NCBI GenBank assembly: GCA_041576165.1
Contig: JBFGLM010000050.1
Coordinates: 1 to 30,998, forward strand
Source: Acidimicrobiia bacterium
GTDB lineage: Bacteria; Actinomycetota; Acidimicrobiia; Spongiisociales; Spongiisociaceae
Direction: 5' to 3'
DNA length: 30,998 bases
Below are positions 7,805 through 17,945 of the stretch, one piece after another. The notes beneath the pieces were generated by a model. It ran no database searches. It was given only the letters and a program-made list of their open reading frames with translations, and had not been told where the DNA came from. Numbering within the stretch: position 1 is the first letter of the stretch; each line of letters starts with the position of its first letter. The position numbers and the translations under genes were made by a program.

Positions 7805-8770
7805 TCAGGTGAGTTGGGCGAGGGCCTTTTGGAGTAGCGCCCGATCATGCTGGGGCCAGGGCGCGGCCAGGTCGATCAGATCGGCCGCTTCGAACGTCCA
7901 GCCCAGCCGGGCCGCATCGGATTCAGCCAGCTCGAGGGGGCTGGCCGGCTCCGGGGCAGCGAAGGGCTGCTGATTGGCGAGAACTGTTCCGGTGCGGGTC
8001 AAGCCGGACAGCTCGATGAGCGTGGCGAGATGGTCGAATCCGGACATGCCGGCTGTTTCACCGTCTTGCGTGGTGAGATTCAGCACGTATACCAATCGCC
8101 CCGCAGCCGTGTTGATCGCTTCGACCACACCCGGCACCAGGATGCAGGACAGTACCGACGTGTAGAGGCTGCCGGGTCCGAGGATGATTTGGTCGGCCGC
8201 TTCGATCGCCCTCACCGCCCGCGGGTTTGCGACCGGTGCGGGGACCAGGCGCAGCGACTGGATGTGGCCAGGGCGGGTCGCGATCTCAGCCTGCCCATCG
8301 ACGTGCTCGCCGTCGATGACCGCCGTCAGATGAAGCGATTTGGGTGCGACCGGAATGATTCCGCCCACGGCACCGAGCATCTCCGCCGCCACTTCCAGCG
8401 CCTGTTCGAAGTCTCCGCTGAGCTGATGTAGAGCGGCCAGTATCAGATTGCCCATCGAGTGCCCGGCGACGTCGGTGTCCGTGAAGCGGTAGGCGAACAA
8501 CTGGGTCAGGGGGCCGTCGTCCGGGCACAGGGCCAGCAAACAGCGGCGCATGTCCCCAGGTGGCGGGATGTCAAGCGTCGACGTCAACCTGCCCGAAGAC
8601 CCGCCGTCGTCGGCGACGGTGACAATCCCGATGATCTCGCCCGCGTAGCTGCGAGCCGCTTGGAGCACCATGGACAAACCATGGCCGCCACCGAGCGCCA
8701 CGACTCTGGGCCCCACAGCCCGCAGGCGGGGAGGCGGGCGGTGCTCAGGGTCGTGCGGCCACGGGGTCAT
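7805..8770 (-). CDS. yvcK: YvcK/GlmR (CofD-like) gluconeogenesis factor
   Basis: GGGHGL, TVADDGGSSG, PPGDMR, GHSMGNL, GPGSLYTS; ATGA coupling to rapZ. Confidence 0.93.
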   Translation of the reverse strand: MTPWPHDPEHRPPPRLRAVGPRVVALGGGHGLSMVLQAARSYAGEIIGIVTVADDGGSSGRLTSTLDIPPPGDMRRCLLALCPDDGPLTQLFAYRFTDTDVAGHSMGNLILAALHQLSGDFEQALEVAAEMLGAVGGIIPVAPKSLHLTAVIDGEHVDGQAEIATRPGHIQSLRLVPAPVANPRAVRAIEAADQIILGPGSLYTSVLSCILVPGVVEAINTAAGRLVYVLNLTTQDGETAGMSGFDHLATLIELSGLTRTGTVLANQQPFAAPEPASPLELAESDAARLGWTFEAADLIDLAAPWPQHDRALLQKALAQLT

Positions 8771-9642
8771 CGGCCCGAGTCCCGATGCCGAACCGAAGCG
8801 CGATACCCCTGGTCGGTGAGCCAACCTGCAACTTCCTCGGCCATCGCCACCGAGCGATGGCGGCCGCCGGTGCAGCCGACCCCGATATTGAGGTAGGACT
8901 TGCCTTCAGCTCGAAACCTGGGGATGAGGAAGTCGAGCAGTCCCTGCAGGTGCTTGAGGAAAGCCTGCGCATCGTCCTGGGAGAGCACATAGTCCCGCAC
9001 GGCTTCATCCCGGCCGGTCAAGGGACGCAGGTCCGGTATCCAGTGGGGATTGGGCAAGAATCGAACGTCGAACATCAAATCGGCATCCCGCGGAGCTCCG
9101 TTCTTGAATCCGAACGAGGTCACAGAGACCCGCATGGGACGCTCCACCTGCATCCCCTCGAACTGGCGCTCGAGCCGTTGACGCAACTCGTGGACATTGG
9201 TGTCGCTGGTGTTGATGTAGATGTCCGCCGACCCGCGCAGCTCGGACATCATCTCCCGCTCGGCGGCGATCGCGTCCCCCAGAGTGTCATGACCGAGGGG
9301 ATGGGGACGCCGGTGTTCCTCATAGCGACGGATGATGACATCGTCGTCCGCGTCCAGGTACAGGACCGTCGCAGCGATGCCGTCGCGTTCGAGGTCCATG
9401 ATCGCGTTTTGCAGTACCTCGACCGGGAATCCGCCCCGGGAATCGATCACAACGGCGAGCCGCCGGGGCGAATCGAGCAGGTCATTGAGGTCGACAACCT
9501 CGTGGATGAGAGCGGGAGGCAAGTTGTCGATGACGTAGAACCCGACATCCTCGAGCACTTTGGCAGCCGTCGAGCGGCCGGCCCCGGACATTCCGGTGAC
9601 GATCAGAACCTGTGGGTTCGTGGCAGCTGCGCTATCCCCCAT
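8767..9642 (-). CDS. rapZ: RNase adapter RapZ (YvcJ) P-loop protein
   Basis: TGMSGAGRS, DNLPP, SFGFKNG, DVRFLPNPHW, GCTGGRHRSV. Confidence 0.96.
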   Translation of the reverse strand: MGDSAAATNPQVLIVTGMSGAGRSTAAKVLEDVGFYVIDNLPPALIHEVVDLNDLLDSPRRLAVVIDSRGGFPVEVLQNAIMDLERDGIAATVLYLDADDDVIIRRYEEHRRPHPLGHDTLGDAIAAEREMMSELRGSADIYINTSDTNVHELRQRLERQFEGMQVERPMRVSVTSFGFKNGAPRDADLMFDVRFLPNPHWIPDLRPLTGRDEAVRDYVLSQDDAQAFLKHLQGLLDFLIPRFRAEGKSYLNIGVGCTGGRHRSVAMAEEVAGWLTDQGYRASVRHRDSGR

Positions 9643-9689
9643 CGACAATTCCCATCGGCATCCGCGGACGCATCCTCAATGGTCGCTGG

Positions 9690-11516
9690 TCAGTCATGCA
9701 GCGCCGTGTAGAGATTCTCGGCGATCTTTTGCGGGACGACATCGGCCAGCTCCTCGAGATCGGCTTCGCGGATCTTCTTCAAAGATCCGAAGTTCTTCAA
9801 CAACATCTTTTTGCGCATCGGTCCTACACCCTCGATCTCGTCCAGCACCGAATCCACCATCCGCTTGCCTCGCAGCTGCCGGTGATACGTGACGGCGAAC
9901 CGGTGGGCTTCGTCGCGGACCCGCTGTAGCAGATGCAGGGCCGGCTCGTCACGAGGCAGCACAACCGGTTCGGGTTGGCCAGGCAGATACACCTCCTCCA
10001 TGCGCTTGGCCAGGCCGACGACCGGGATCTCGATATCGAGATTCTCCAGCACCTTGACGGCCCGGCCCAGCTGACCGGGGCCGCCGTCGATGAGGATGAG
10101 CGAAGGCGGGTAGGAGAACTTACCGCGCTCGGCCACGGGCTTGGACTGTTCCTTGAGGTAGGCCTGAAATCGCCGGCGCACCACCTCTTCCATCGACGCG
10201 AAGTCGTCCTGACCGGTCACGCCGCGGATGCGGAACCGGCGGTACTGGGAGCGTTTGGGGAGCCCGTCTTCCAGCACCACCATCGACCCGACCGTGTTGG
10301 TTCCCTGGATGGTCGAGATATCGTAAGCCTCGATACGTAGCGGCGCGTCCGGCAATCCGAGCGCCTCTTGGAGGCTGCGCAGGTCCTGGGCCCGGGCATT
10401 GTGGTCGGATTGCCGGCGCAGCCGGTGGCGCACAAACGCCTCCTTGGCATTGGTTCGGGCAGTCTCGAGTAGGCGGCGCTTGGCGCCCCGTTGCGGAACC
10501 CTGAGCGAAACGGCCGCCCCCCGGCGTTCCGCCAGCAGGGCCGTCCAGATATCCGGGTCCGGCGGGAGGACCTCTACCAGCACCTCCTTCGGAGGTGGTT
10601 CATCCTCGGTGTAGAGGTCGCGCAGCATCGCACCAATCAGCTCTGACGGCTCGATGTCCTCCACCTTGTCGACGATGCTGCCGAACCGGCCCACGATGCG
10701 GCCGTGCCGGACTCGAAGCACCTGCAGCGAGGCTTCCAGATCGTCATCTTCGAGGGCGATCAGGTCGAAGTTCTCTCGCTTGTCGGACACGACCTCCTGG
10801 CGCGCCAGGGCTTTGCGTACATCGAACAACTGATCTCGCACCCGGGCGGCCTGCTCGAACTCGAGAGCGTCCGACGCCCCTCGCATTCGCCGGTCGAGGT
10901 CGGCCAGCAGCTGGTCGGAATCCCCCTCGAAGAACTTCGCCATACCCTCGACGTAGCCGGCATATTCCTGGGCTTCCACCAAGCCGACGCACGGGCCGCT
11001 GCATTTCTCGATGTCGTAGAGGATGCACGGACGGCCCCGAAGTTCCTGGCGCCGGAACACCGCGTCGGAGCATGTACGCACCGGAAGCGACTTCAACAGC
11101 AAGTCGAGGGTGTTCCGAACGGCATAGGCATGCGCGAACGGTCCGAAATACTGCGTGCCTTTCCGCCGCGTACCCCGCATCACGCGGGCGCGGGGCCATT
11201 GGTCTGACCGGGTCAGCGCGAGATAGGGGTAGCTCTTGTCGTCCCGCAGCCGAATGTTGAACCGGGGACGGTGCTCCTTTATGAGGGCGAACTCCAGCAT
11301 CAAGGCTTCGACTTCGTTGTCGGTGACGATCCACTCGACCGTCTCGGAAGCGTCGAGCATCGCTCCAGTCCGAGCGTCGAGGTCCTTGACGAAGTACGAG
11401 GAGACGCGTTTGCGTAGCGACTTGGCTTTGCCGACGTACATCACCCGACCGTGACGGTCGCGATACATGTAGGCGCCCGGCTGGTCGGGGATCTCGGCTG
11501 GCCGAGGGCGTTGCAC
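9690..11516 (-). CDS. uvrC: Excinuclease ABC subunit C
   Basis: GIY-YIG domain (PGAY...YVGKAKSLRKRV), DDKSYPY, RIEAYDIS, IDGGPGQ, RDEAHRFA, C-terminal HhH; GTG start after GGAG is inferred. Confidence 0.97.
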   Translation of the reverse strand: MQRPRPAEIPDQPGAYMYRDRHGRVMYVGKAKSLRKRVSSYFVKDLDARTGAMLDASETVEWIVTDNEVEALMLEFALIKEHRPRFNIRLRDDKSYPYLALTRSDQWPRARVMRGTRRKGTQYFGPFAHAYAVRNTLDLLLKSLPVRTCSDAVFRRQELRGRPCILYDIEKCSGPCVGLVEAQEYAGYVEGMAKFFEGDSDQLLADLDRRMRGASDALEFEQAARVRDQLFDVRKALARQEVVSDKRENFDLIALEDDDLEASLQVLRVRHGRIVGRFGSIVDKVEDIEPSELIGAMLRDLYTEDEPPPKEVLVEVLPPDPDIWTALLAERRGAAVSLRVPQRGAKRRLLETARTNAKEAFVRHRLRRQSDHNARAQDLRSLQEALGLPDAPLRIEAYDISTIQGTNTVGSMVVLEDGLPKRSQYRRFRIRGVTGQDDFASMEEVVRRRFQAYLKEQSKPVAERGKFSYPPSLILIDGGPGQLGRAVKVLENLDIEIPVVGLAKRMEEVYLPGQPEPVVLPRDEPALHLLQRVRDEAHRFAVTYHRQLRGKRMVDSVLDEIEGVGPMRKKMLLKNFGSLKKIREADLEELADVVPQKIAENLYTALHD

Positions 11517-11556
11517 TGTCACTCCGCGAACAGGTTCGATTGACGATACCGCGCCA

Positions 11557-12264
11557 TCAGCGCTGGGGAAGCAGCGTCCAGCGCACCGCCAGGAGGTGGG
11601 GGATGTCACCGTGTTTGGCCAGAAGCGGGTCGCGCTGCGCCGCCTCAACTCCCACCGGACGCTCCTCCATGCATGCCAGCGACCAGCCGTGGGCTGACGC
11701 AGCGTTGAGCAGCTCCGACATGGACCTGTGTACGAATTCGACCCGTGTGCGGCCAGCCGGCTCGTGAGTGGAACCCCCGCCGAGGTAGCGGCCGAACCGC
11801 CAAAAGATCTCTCCGTCGGTCGGGTCGAGTACGGGACCGGAATCAGGGGCCGTGTAGATCGGATGGTTGAGCACCACGGCCAGCCGGCCGTCCGGGCGGA
11901 CGCACCGAGCGACCGCGTCGAAGAGCCCATTCATGTCGTGTATGTGCTCGAGTGCCAGTACGACGTAGGCGCCATCGAGGCTGTTCGGTCGCAAAAAGCT
12001 GAGATCCGGAAGTCGGGCGGCCACCACCGGTCCGTGCGACCGGGCGTGCCGCAGCAGCTGCAGGTTGAGGTCGACTCCGATCACCGGGATGCCGCGGTCG
12101 GCGATCGCCGCCATCACCCGGCCCTCGCCGCAGCCCAGGTCGGCGTACAGCTCCCCCGGTTGTGGGTCCAGCATCCGAAGCATCAACGGCAGGACTTCCT
12201 CGGCGTATGCTGGATCGTCAACTTCTTCCAGCCACCACTCCGCCAGGTCGCTCCATTTAGCCAT
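11557..12264 (-). CDS. Class I SAM-dependent methyltransferase
   Basis: ADLGCGEG motif I, GVDLN, LALEHI, VRPDGRL. Confidence 0.88.
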   Translation of the reverse strand: MAKWSDLAEWWLEEVDDPAYAEEVLPLMLRMLDPQPGELYADLGCGEGRVMAAIADRGIPVIGVDLNLQLLRHARSHGPVVAARLPDLSFLRPNSLDGAYVVLALEHIHDMNGLFDAVARCVRPDGRLAVVLNHPIYTAPDSGPVLDPTDGEIFWRFGRYLGGGSTHEPAGRTRVEFVHRSMSELLNAASAHGWSLACMEERPVGVEAAQRDPLLAKHGDIPHLLAVRWTLLPQR

Positions 12265-12310
12265 GCATCGATCCTCTCAACGGTCCCCGGCTGCGCGTCG
12301 AAACAATAGG

Positions 12311-13390
12311 ATGGACTCAGCCGCCGCCGGACGAACGCGCCGTGTCGCCCTCTGGTTCGTCATCGGGGTCGTGGCCGCCATCTTCCTCCAGTGGATCCAG
12401 ATCCGAGCCATCGGCGGCGGGCTGGACGGTCTGCTTTCGGTCGGTCAGACATCGCCAATGCGCCCCTACATCGAAACAGACCTAGGCAGCGTGATCACGG
12501 TGCCGGACCGCGGTCACGACGGCCAAACGGCATACTTGATTGCCCGGGACCCACTGGCCGCCGGGCCGGCGGCGGCCGCCATGGACCACGCCGGGTTCCG
12601 CTACCGGCGGATTCTCTACCCGGGCCTGGCCGGTCTCGGTGGTCTACTCGGCGCCGGGGCCACCCTGGTCGGCCTGGCCGCCGTGGCCGCGCTGGCGTTC
12701 GGACTGGCGGCGGCAGCAACCGCCGACCTGGCGATCGGCCAGCGCGCGAACGACCGGCTGGCGCTGGCGGCGGTGATCAACCCCGGGTTGTGGCTATCCG
12801 TCCAGTTGCTGACCGTCGACGCGTTGGCGATTGGTCTGACGCTCACCGGCCTGGCACTGTGGCGACGGGAGAAACTGACCCCGGCCGCCATCATCCTGGC
12901 GCTGGCGACGCTCGCCAAGGATCAGATGCTGCTGGTTGCGCTCTCCCTGGCGGCCTGGGAGCTGACCCGAAGCCGTCGCACCCGCGCCGCCATCATTGGC
13001 GGGCCGGCCGTAGTGACGCTCCTCGGGTGGTCGCTGGTCACCAGCCTGCTGGTAGACGACGGTTTCGCGGTGCGGGGCAACCTGACCGCGCCGTTCGCCG
13101 GGATCGCGGCGGCCGCGCGGAACTGGGATGCGGTGGCGGCATCCGATCTCATCCTCGCGGTCGGCACGCTGGCACTCATCGGACTTGCCGCAGCGGGCGC
13201 CTGGAGACGGCGCCGCGAGGTCGAGGCGTTTCTGCTGGTTCCCTGGATCGCGCTTGCACTGATCTCCTCCAACTGGGTGTGGGATCTGGGCAACAACGTG
13301 GCCCGGGTCTACGCCATCGTCCTGCCTCTCGCCGCATTGGCTTTGGCCAGGCGGGGCACGCGGGCGCGGTTGGATCCCGCCCCGGCCTGA
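12311..13390 (+). CDS. Polytopic membrane protein, putative GT-C-fold glycosyltransferase
   Basis: Many hydrophobic segments; first-loop motif GHDGQTAYLIARDP and YRRILYP; paralog of 22461-23558. Confidence 0.65.
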   Translation: MDSAAAGRTRRVALWFVIGVVAAIFLQWIQIRAIGGGLDGLLSVGQTSPMRPYIETDLGSVITVPDRGHDGQTAYLIARDPLAAGPAAAAMDHAGFRYRRILYPGLAGLGGLLGAGATLVGLAAVAALAFGLAAAATADLAIGQRANDRLALAAVINPGLWLSVQLLTVDALAIGLTLTGLALWRREKLTPAAIILALATLAKDQMLLVALSLAAWELTRSRRTRAAIIGGPAVVTLLGWSLVTSLLVDDGFAVRGNLTAPFAGIAAAARNWDAVAASDLILAVGTLALIGLAAAGAWRRRREVEAFLLVPWIALALISSNWVWDLGNNVARVYAIVLPLAALALARRGTRARLDPAPA

Positions 13391-13396
13391 CCGCGG

Positions 13397-16219
13397 TCAG
13401 CCCGGTAGCACCTCACGTAGGAACTTGCCGGTGTAGGACTCGGGTATCTTCACGATGTCTTCGGGCGTGCCGGCCGCAACCACCCGTCCGCCCTCGTCCC
13501 CGCCTTCCGGGCCGAGATCGATGACCCAGTCGGCCGATTTGACGACGTCCAGGTTGTGTTCGATGACGATGACCGTGTTGCCGCCATCCACGAGGCGTTG
13601 GAGCACACCGAGCAGTTTGCGGACATCCTCGAAGTGCAGGCCGGTCGTCGGTTCATCGAGGATGTAGACCGTGCGGCCGGTGGACCGTTTGCCCAGCTCG
13701 GACGAGAGCTTGACCCGCTGCGCTTCGCCCCCGGACAGCGTCGGGGCCGGCTGGCCGAGCCGGATATAACCCAGCCCCACGTCGTAGATCGTCTGGAGGA
13801 TGCGAGTGATGGCCGGTTGGTTCTCAAAGAAACGGAGCGCCTCGTCCACCGACATGTCGAGGACGTCTGCGATCGAGCGACCCTTCCACAGGATGTCGAG
13901 CGTGTCACGGTTGTACCGTGCACCACCGCATACCTCACACGGCACGTAGACGTCGGGGAGGAAGTGCATCTCGATCTTGATGGTGCCGTCGCCCTTGCAG
14001 GCCTCACACCGGCCGCCTTTTACGTTGAAGGAGAACCGGCCGGGCATGTAGCCGCGCAGGCGCGCTTCGGGTGTTGAGGCGAACAGGTTCCGGATCCGGT
14101 CGAACAGCTTCGTATAGGTGGCGGCGTTCGACCGGGGCGTTCGACCGATCGGCGACTGGTCGATGTTGATCACCTTGTCGATGTGCTCAACGCCGTCGAT
14201 CCGCTTGTGATGGCCCGGCACCTCGCGACTGCGGTACAACTTTTGATGGAGACCTTTGGACAGGATTTCTTGCACAAGCGAGGATTTGCCCGAGCCCGAG
14301 ACGCCCGTGATGGCTATGAACTTGCTCAGGGGAAACTCGACGGTGAGATTGTCCAGGTTGTTTTCCGTGGCGCCCACCACCTCTAGAGACCGGCCGTCGC
14401 CGATTCGGCGGGTGGGCGGGATCGCGATGCTGCGTCTGCCTGCGATGTAATCGCCGGTGAGCGAGTCCGGCTCACCCACGATTGCGTCAAGCGATCCCTC
14501 CGCGACGATGCGACCGCCCAGCTCGCCGGCGCCGGGGCCGATGTCGACGATGTGATCGGCCGTTCGGATCGTTTCTTCGTCGTGCTCGACGACGATCAGC
14601 GTGTTGCCCAGGTCACGCAACCGAACCAGTGTTTCGATCAGCCGCTGGTTGTCTCGCTGGTGAAGTCCAATGGATGGTTCGTCGAGAACGTACAAAACCC
14701 CGACCAGACCGGACCCGATCTGGGTGGCCAGCCGGATGCGCTGAGCTTCCCCGCCGGACAGGGTTGCCGCACTGCGATAGAGGGTCAGGTAATCCAGTCC
14801 CACGTCGAGCAGGAACTGCAGCCGGGCCCGCACCTCCTTGAGCACGGCCTCAGCGATGGTGGCATCGCGCTCCGATAGTTGCAGATTGTCCAGGATGTCC
14901 ATCGACCCCTGGATCGAGTGGGAGGACAGCTCAAAGATGTTGTGGCCATCGATCGTCACGGCCAGGGCTAGCTCGTTGAGGCGGGCTCCCCGGCAGGTCG
15001 GGCACGGCACCTCCCGCATGTATTCCTCGTAGAACAGCCGGGCCGAGTCCGACTCGGCGTTCTCGTGGCGGCGCCGCAGGAACGGGATGACTCCCTCGTA
15101 GTTGGTCCGGTATTCCCGTTTGCGCCCGAACCGGTTGGTATACGAGACGTGGATCTGGCGGTCGCCCGTGCCCATGAGAATGGCGTCGCGCTGTTTCTTG
15201 GTCAGCAGATTGAACGGAGTCTCGACGTCGAATTTGAGGGTGGCGGCGACTCCCGCCAGCAAATGCTGAAAGTAGCGGTTGCGGTTGCCCGCCCACGGCG
15301 CGATCGCGCCCTCAGCCAGAGAGAGGTCGTCGTCGGGAACCACCAGCTGGGGATCGACCTCGAACCGGGTCCCGATGCCCGAACACGCCGGGCAGGCGCC
15401 GTAGGGGCTGTTGAACGAGAAGGTGCGCGGCTCGAGTTCGTCAAAGGACAGCCCGCAAGCGTTGCACGCCAGATGCTGTGAGAACGTGAGCTCCGGTCCG
15501 TCGATGACATCGACAAGTGCCATACCGTCCGCCAGATGCAGGGCGGTCTCCATCGAGTCGGTGAGCCTTCGCTCAATCCCGGCCTTGCGCACCAGCCGGT
15601 CCACGACGACCTCAATGGTGTGCTGGTAGTAGCGGTCGAGGCGGATGTCTTCGGTGAGGTCCCGAATCTCGCCATCGATCCGAGCTCGACTGAATCCCTG
15701 CTTGCTGAGATCGCGAAACAGCTCTTCATATTCACCCTTGCGGCCCCTGACCACCGGAGCCAGCACCTGGAACTTGGTTCCCTCCTCCAATGTCAGGATC
15801 TGATCCACGATTTGCTGGGGTGTCTGGCGGGCGACCGGCCGTCCGCAGTTGGGACAGTGGGGCACGCCGATACGGGCGTAGAGGAGCCGGAGGTAATCGT
15901 GAATTTCGGTGACCGTGCCTACGGTGGAACGCGGGTTGCGGCTGGCCGTCTTCTGGTCGATGGAAATGGCCGGAGAAAGACCCTCGATGAACTCGACGTC
16001 AGGCTTGTCCATCTGACCGAGAAACTGGCGGGCGTAGGCCGACAGCGACTCGACGTACCGGCGCTGACCCTCGGCGTAGATCGTGTCGAACGCCAGGCTC
16101 GACTTTCCCGATCCCGACAATCCCGAGAAGACGATCAGGTGGTTGCGCGGCAGCTCGAGCGAGAGGTTCTTCAGGTTGTGCTCTCGCGCACCCCTGATGA
16201 CGATGTTCTCAACCGACAT
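13397..16219 (-). CDS. uvrA: Excinuclease ABC subunit A
   Basis: GAREHNLKN, two Walker A motifs ([18 protein letters not shown]), two LSGGEAQR signatures, zinc-finger CxxC pairs. Confidence 0.98.
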   Translation of the reverse strand: MSVENIVIRGAREHNLKNLSLELPRNHLIVFSGLSGSGKSSLAFDTIYAEGQRRYVESLSAYARQFLGQMDKPDVEFIEGLSPAISIDQKTASRNPRSTVGTVTEIHDYLRLLYARIGVPHCPNCGRPVARQTPQQIVDQILTLEEGTKFQVLAPVVRGRKGEYEELFRDLSKQGFSRARIDGEIRDLTEDIRLDRYYQHTIEVVVDRLVRKAGIERRLTDSMETALHLADGMALVDVIDGPELTFSQHLACNACGLSFDELEPRTFSFNSPYGACPACSGIGTRFEVDPQLVVPDDDLSLAEGAIAPWAGNRNRYFQHLLAGVAATLKFDVETPFNLLTKKQRDAILMGTGDRQIHVSYTNRFGRKREYRTNYEGVIPFLRRRHENAESDSARLFYEEYMREVPCPTCRGARLNELALAVTIDGHNIFELSSHSIQGSMDILDNLQLSERDATIAEAVLKEVRARLQFLLDVGLDYLTLYRSAATLSGGEAQRIRLATQIGSGLVGVLYVLDEPSIGLHQRDNQRLIETLVRLRDLGNTLIVVEHDEETIRTADHIVDIGPGAGELGGRIVAEGSLDAIVGEPDSLTGDYIAGRRSIAIPPTRRIGDGRSLEVVGATENNLDNLTVEFPLSKFIAITGVSGSGKSSLVQEILSKGLHQKLYRSREVPGHHKRIDGVEHIDKVINIDQSPIGRTPRSNAATYTKLFDRIRNLFASTPEARLRGYMPGRFSFNVKGGRCEACKGDGTIKIEMHFLPDVYVPCEVCGGARYNRDTLDILWKGRSIADVLDMSVDEALRFFENQPAITRILQTIYDVGLGYIRLGQPAPTLSGGEAQRVKLSSELGKRSTGRTVYILDEPTTGLHFEDVRKLLGVLQRLVDGGNTVIVIEHNLDVVKSADWVIDLGPEGGDEGGRVVAAGTPEDIVKIPESYTGKFLREVLPG

Positions 16220-16268
16220 GCACTCCGCGCCTGCTTCGAGGTCACACGAGTGTAGTTCACTTCCAGAC

Positions 16269-16282
16269 CGAACGCGTGTTCG
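16269..16282. promoter_or_regulatory. LexA (SOS) box upstream of uvrA
   Basis: CGAAC-GCGT-GTTCG matches the Gram-positive/actinobacterial CGAAC-N4-GTTCG consensus; TACACT -10 candidate lies between it and the uvrA start. Confidence 0.85.
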
Positions 16283-16283
16283 A

Positions 16284-17939
16284 TCAACGAGCCTCGCTGC
16301 TCTCAGCCACCCGGCGCAGAGGTGGGACGAACGACGGTCGGTGGGCCGGGTGGCCGGATGCGATGCGTTCGACGACGGGGTCGAGCGGATGAACCGTGTC
16401 GACATTCACGATGATCTGCCGGTCAGACTGGACCCCGAGCCGGGTGCCAAAATGACAATCAAAGATCACACGAAAGAGATCGACGCCATACGCGCTTGTT
16501 GTGTCACACCCTTCGATCCGGATTGCATTGAGGACCGAGAAGCGCTCTTCCAAGTCGGCCGCATCCCAATCGGTCGTGTGTTTACCCAGCTGCCCGCGCG
16601 AATCCGGACCGTGATCGCTGACGAGAATGACCACAGCTTCCTCGGGCATCGAGTCGATTATCTCCAGCATGCGACGGTTCACGCAGCGGACCTGCTCCAC
16701 GTATGCGTGCTTTCGCAGATCGAGGAGTTCGGTGCTCATCCACGACCCGCCGAGATCCAGCCTCGACAAGGCACGCTGCGCACGGACCGTGCAGTCGCCA
16801 GTGACGTGGAGCGGGGCATGAGGTAGCAGGATGTGAGCAAATACGACCTCCGGCTCGTCGTCCTGCTGACTCTTCACAACCTGTTCCAGTGCGTCGAGCT
16901 GGGACACCGACGCTCTCGAGAAAGATGAGCCGACCGTATCGATCCACACATCCCGGAACGGAGTCCGATCCACCAAGGCATCGAGCGTTTCCTGCCAGCG
17001 GCTCTCTACGCATACGTCTGCGCTTCCGCCGCACCGGGTACCGCCCCATCCGCTTTCGAGATGGATGTAACGGTATCCAGCCGCCTGCAACGATCGAATG
17101 ACCAGGTTGTCGCCGCCCAAGACGGCATAGAGCCCAAGCCGTTCGGCCCGGCCCAGGGGCGCTCCAGGTTCGATTGCATGCGACATCAGGAGCGTCGTCG
17201 ACAACGATGCATAGGTCATGGAGTACTCAGATCGCGCCCGTGAATTCGACACGAACTCACGGGCCTTGAGCGACTCGAGAAACGAGTCGTTGCTGAAGCC
17301 AAAATCGTCTCGCAGCACATCAGCCCTGGCATAGCCATCCAGAACGATGAAATACAGGTCAGGTCGCGTATTGGCGGAGCCGAGGTCCAGGACAGTCGTC
17401 CCATATTCTGCTTTGGGAAGCTGGGCGGCAACGAGCAGGCTCGCCAACGTGGCCGCACCGGCACCGAAAGCGAACCATCCTCCGACCCTCGCCGCAGTGT
17501 CGCTAACGATCAACCGCCCCGCCACCAATCCGGCCGCCAACGCTGCGAGCAGCCCGATGGCTGTGTGGGCAAAGGCGGAAATGCCGGCCGGTAGAGGAAC
17601 AGGCAGTGCGGACCAGTTGGAGAGGACGAGGGGTACAACTGCGCCGGTGACCCAGGCATGCCGCACGGAGAGCGTTGAGCTAAGGAGCCAGGCAAGCCCG
17701 CCGATACAAATCGCCCCGGCAGCCCAGAGGAAGACCGTCGTCAAGGATGGACGGCGCGCCCATTGATTGGCAGCGAAGGACATTGGAGTCGCCGAGGCGG
17801 CACATGCCAAAACCGCCAATCCGAACCAGACGGATGGGCGCTCGACCGCAGCGTATCCCGACGTGTCGAGCCCGGAGGCTGTTTGCGCTCGCCGACTGCG
17901 AAGCGACGCAAGCCCGACAAATCGCTCTCGAGGAAGCAT
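16284..17939 (-). CDS. Membrane-anchored alkaline phosphatase/sulfatase-superfamily enzyme (paralog 2)
   Basis: Multi-TM N-terminus; [26 protein letters not shown] metal/nucleophile motifs. Start position uncertain. Confidence 0.8.
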   Translation of the reverse strand: MLPRERFVGLASLRSRRAQTASGLDTSGYAAVERPSVWFGLAVLACAASATPMSFAANQWARRPSLTTVFLWAAGAICIGGLAWLLSSTLSVRHAWVTGAVVPLVLSNWSALPVPLPAGISAFAHTAIGLLAALAAGLVAGRLIVSDTAARVGGWFAFGAGAATLASLLVAAQLPKAEYGTTVLDLGSANTRPDLYFIVLDGYARADVLRDDFGFSNDSFLESLKAREFVSNSRARSEYSMTYASLSTTLLMSHAIEPGAPLGRAERLGLYAVLGGDNLVIRSLQAAGYRYIHLESGWGGTRCGGSADVCVESRWQETLDALVDRTPFRDVWIDTVGSSFSRASVSQLDALEQVVKSQQDDEPEVVFAHILLPHAPLHVTGDCTVRAQRALSRLDLGGSWMSTELLDLRKHAYVEQVRCVNRRMLEIIDSMPEEAVVILVSDHGPDSRGQLGKHTTDWDAADLEERFSVLNAIRIEGCDTTSAYGVDLFRVIFDCHFGTRLGVQSDRQIIVNVDTVHPLDPVVERIASGHPAHRPSFVPPLRRVAESSEAR

Positions 17940-17945
17940 TGGGCT

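Noticed and set aside
9690-16405. Long N-terminal extensions of uvrC and uvrA in the ORF track (also pgk, coaE and the 12065 ORF)
   Set aside because: They overlap neighbouring genes or regulatory sites; family-typical starts lie downstream.
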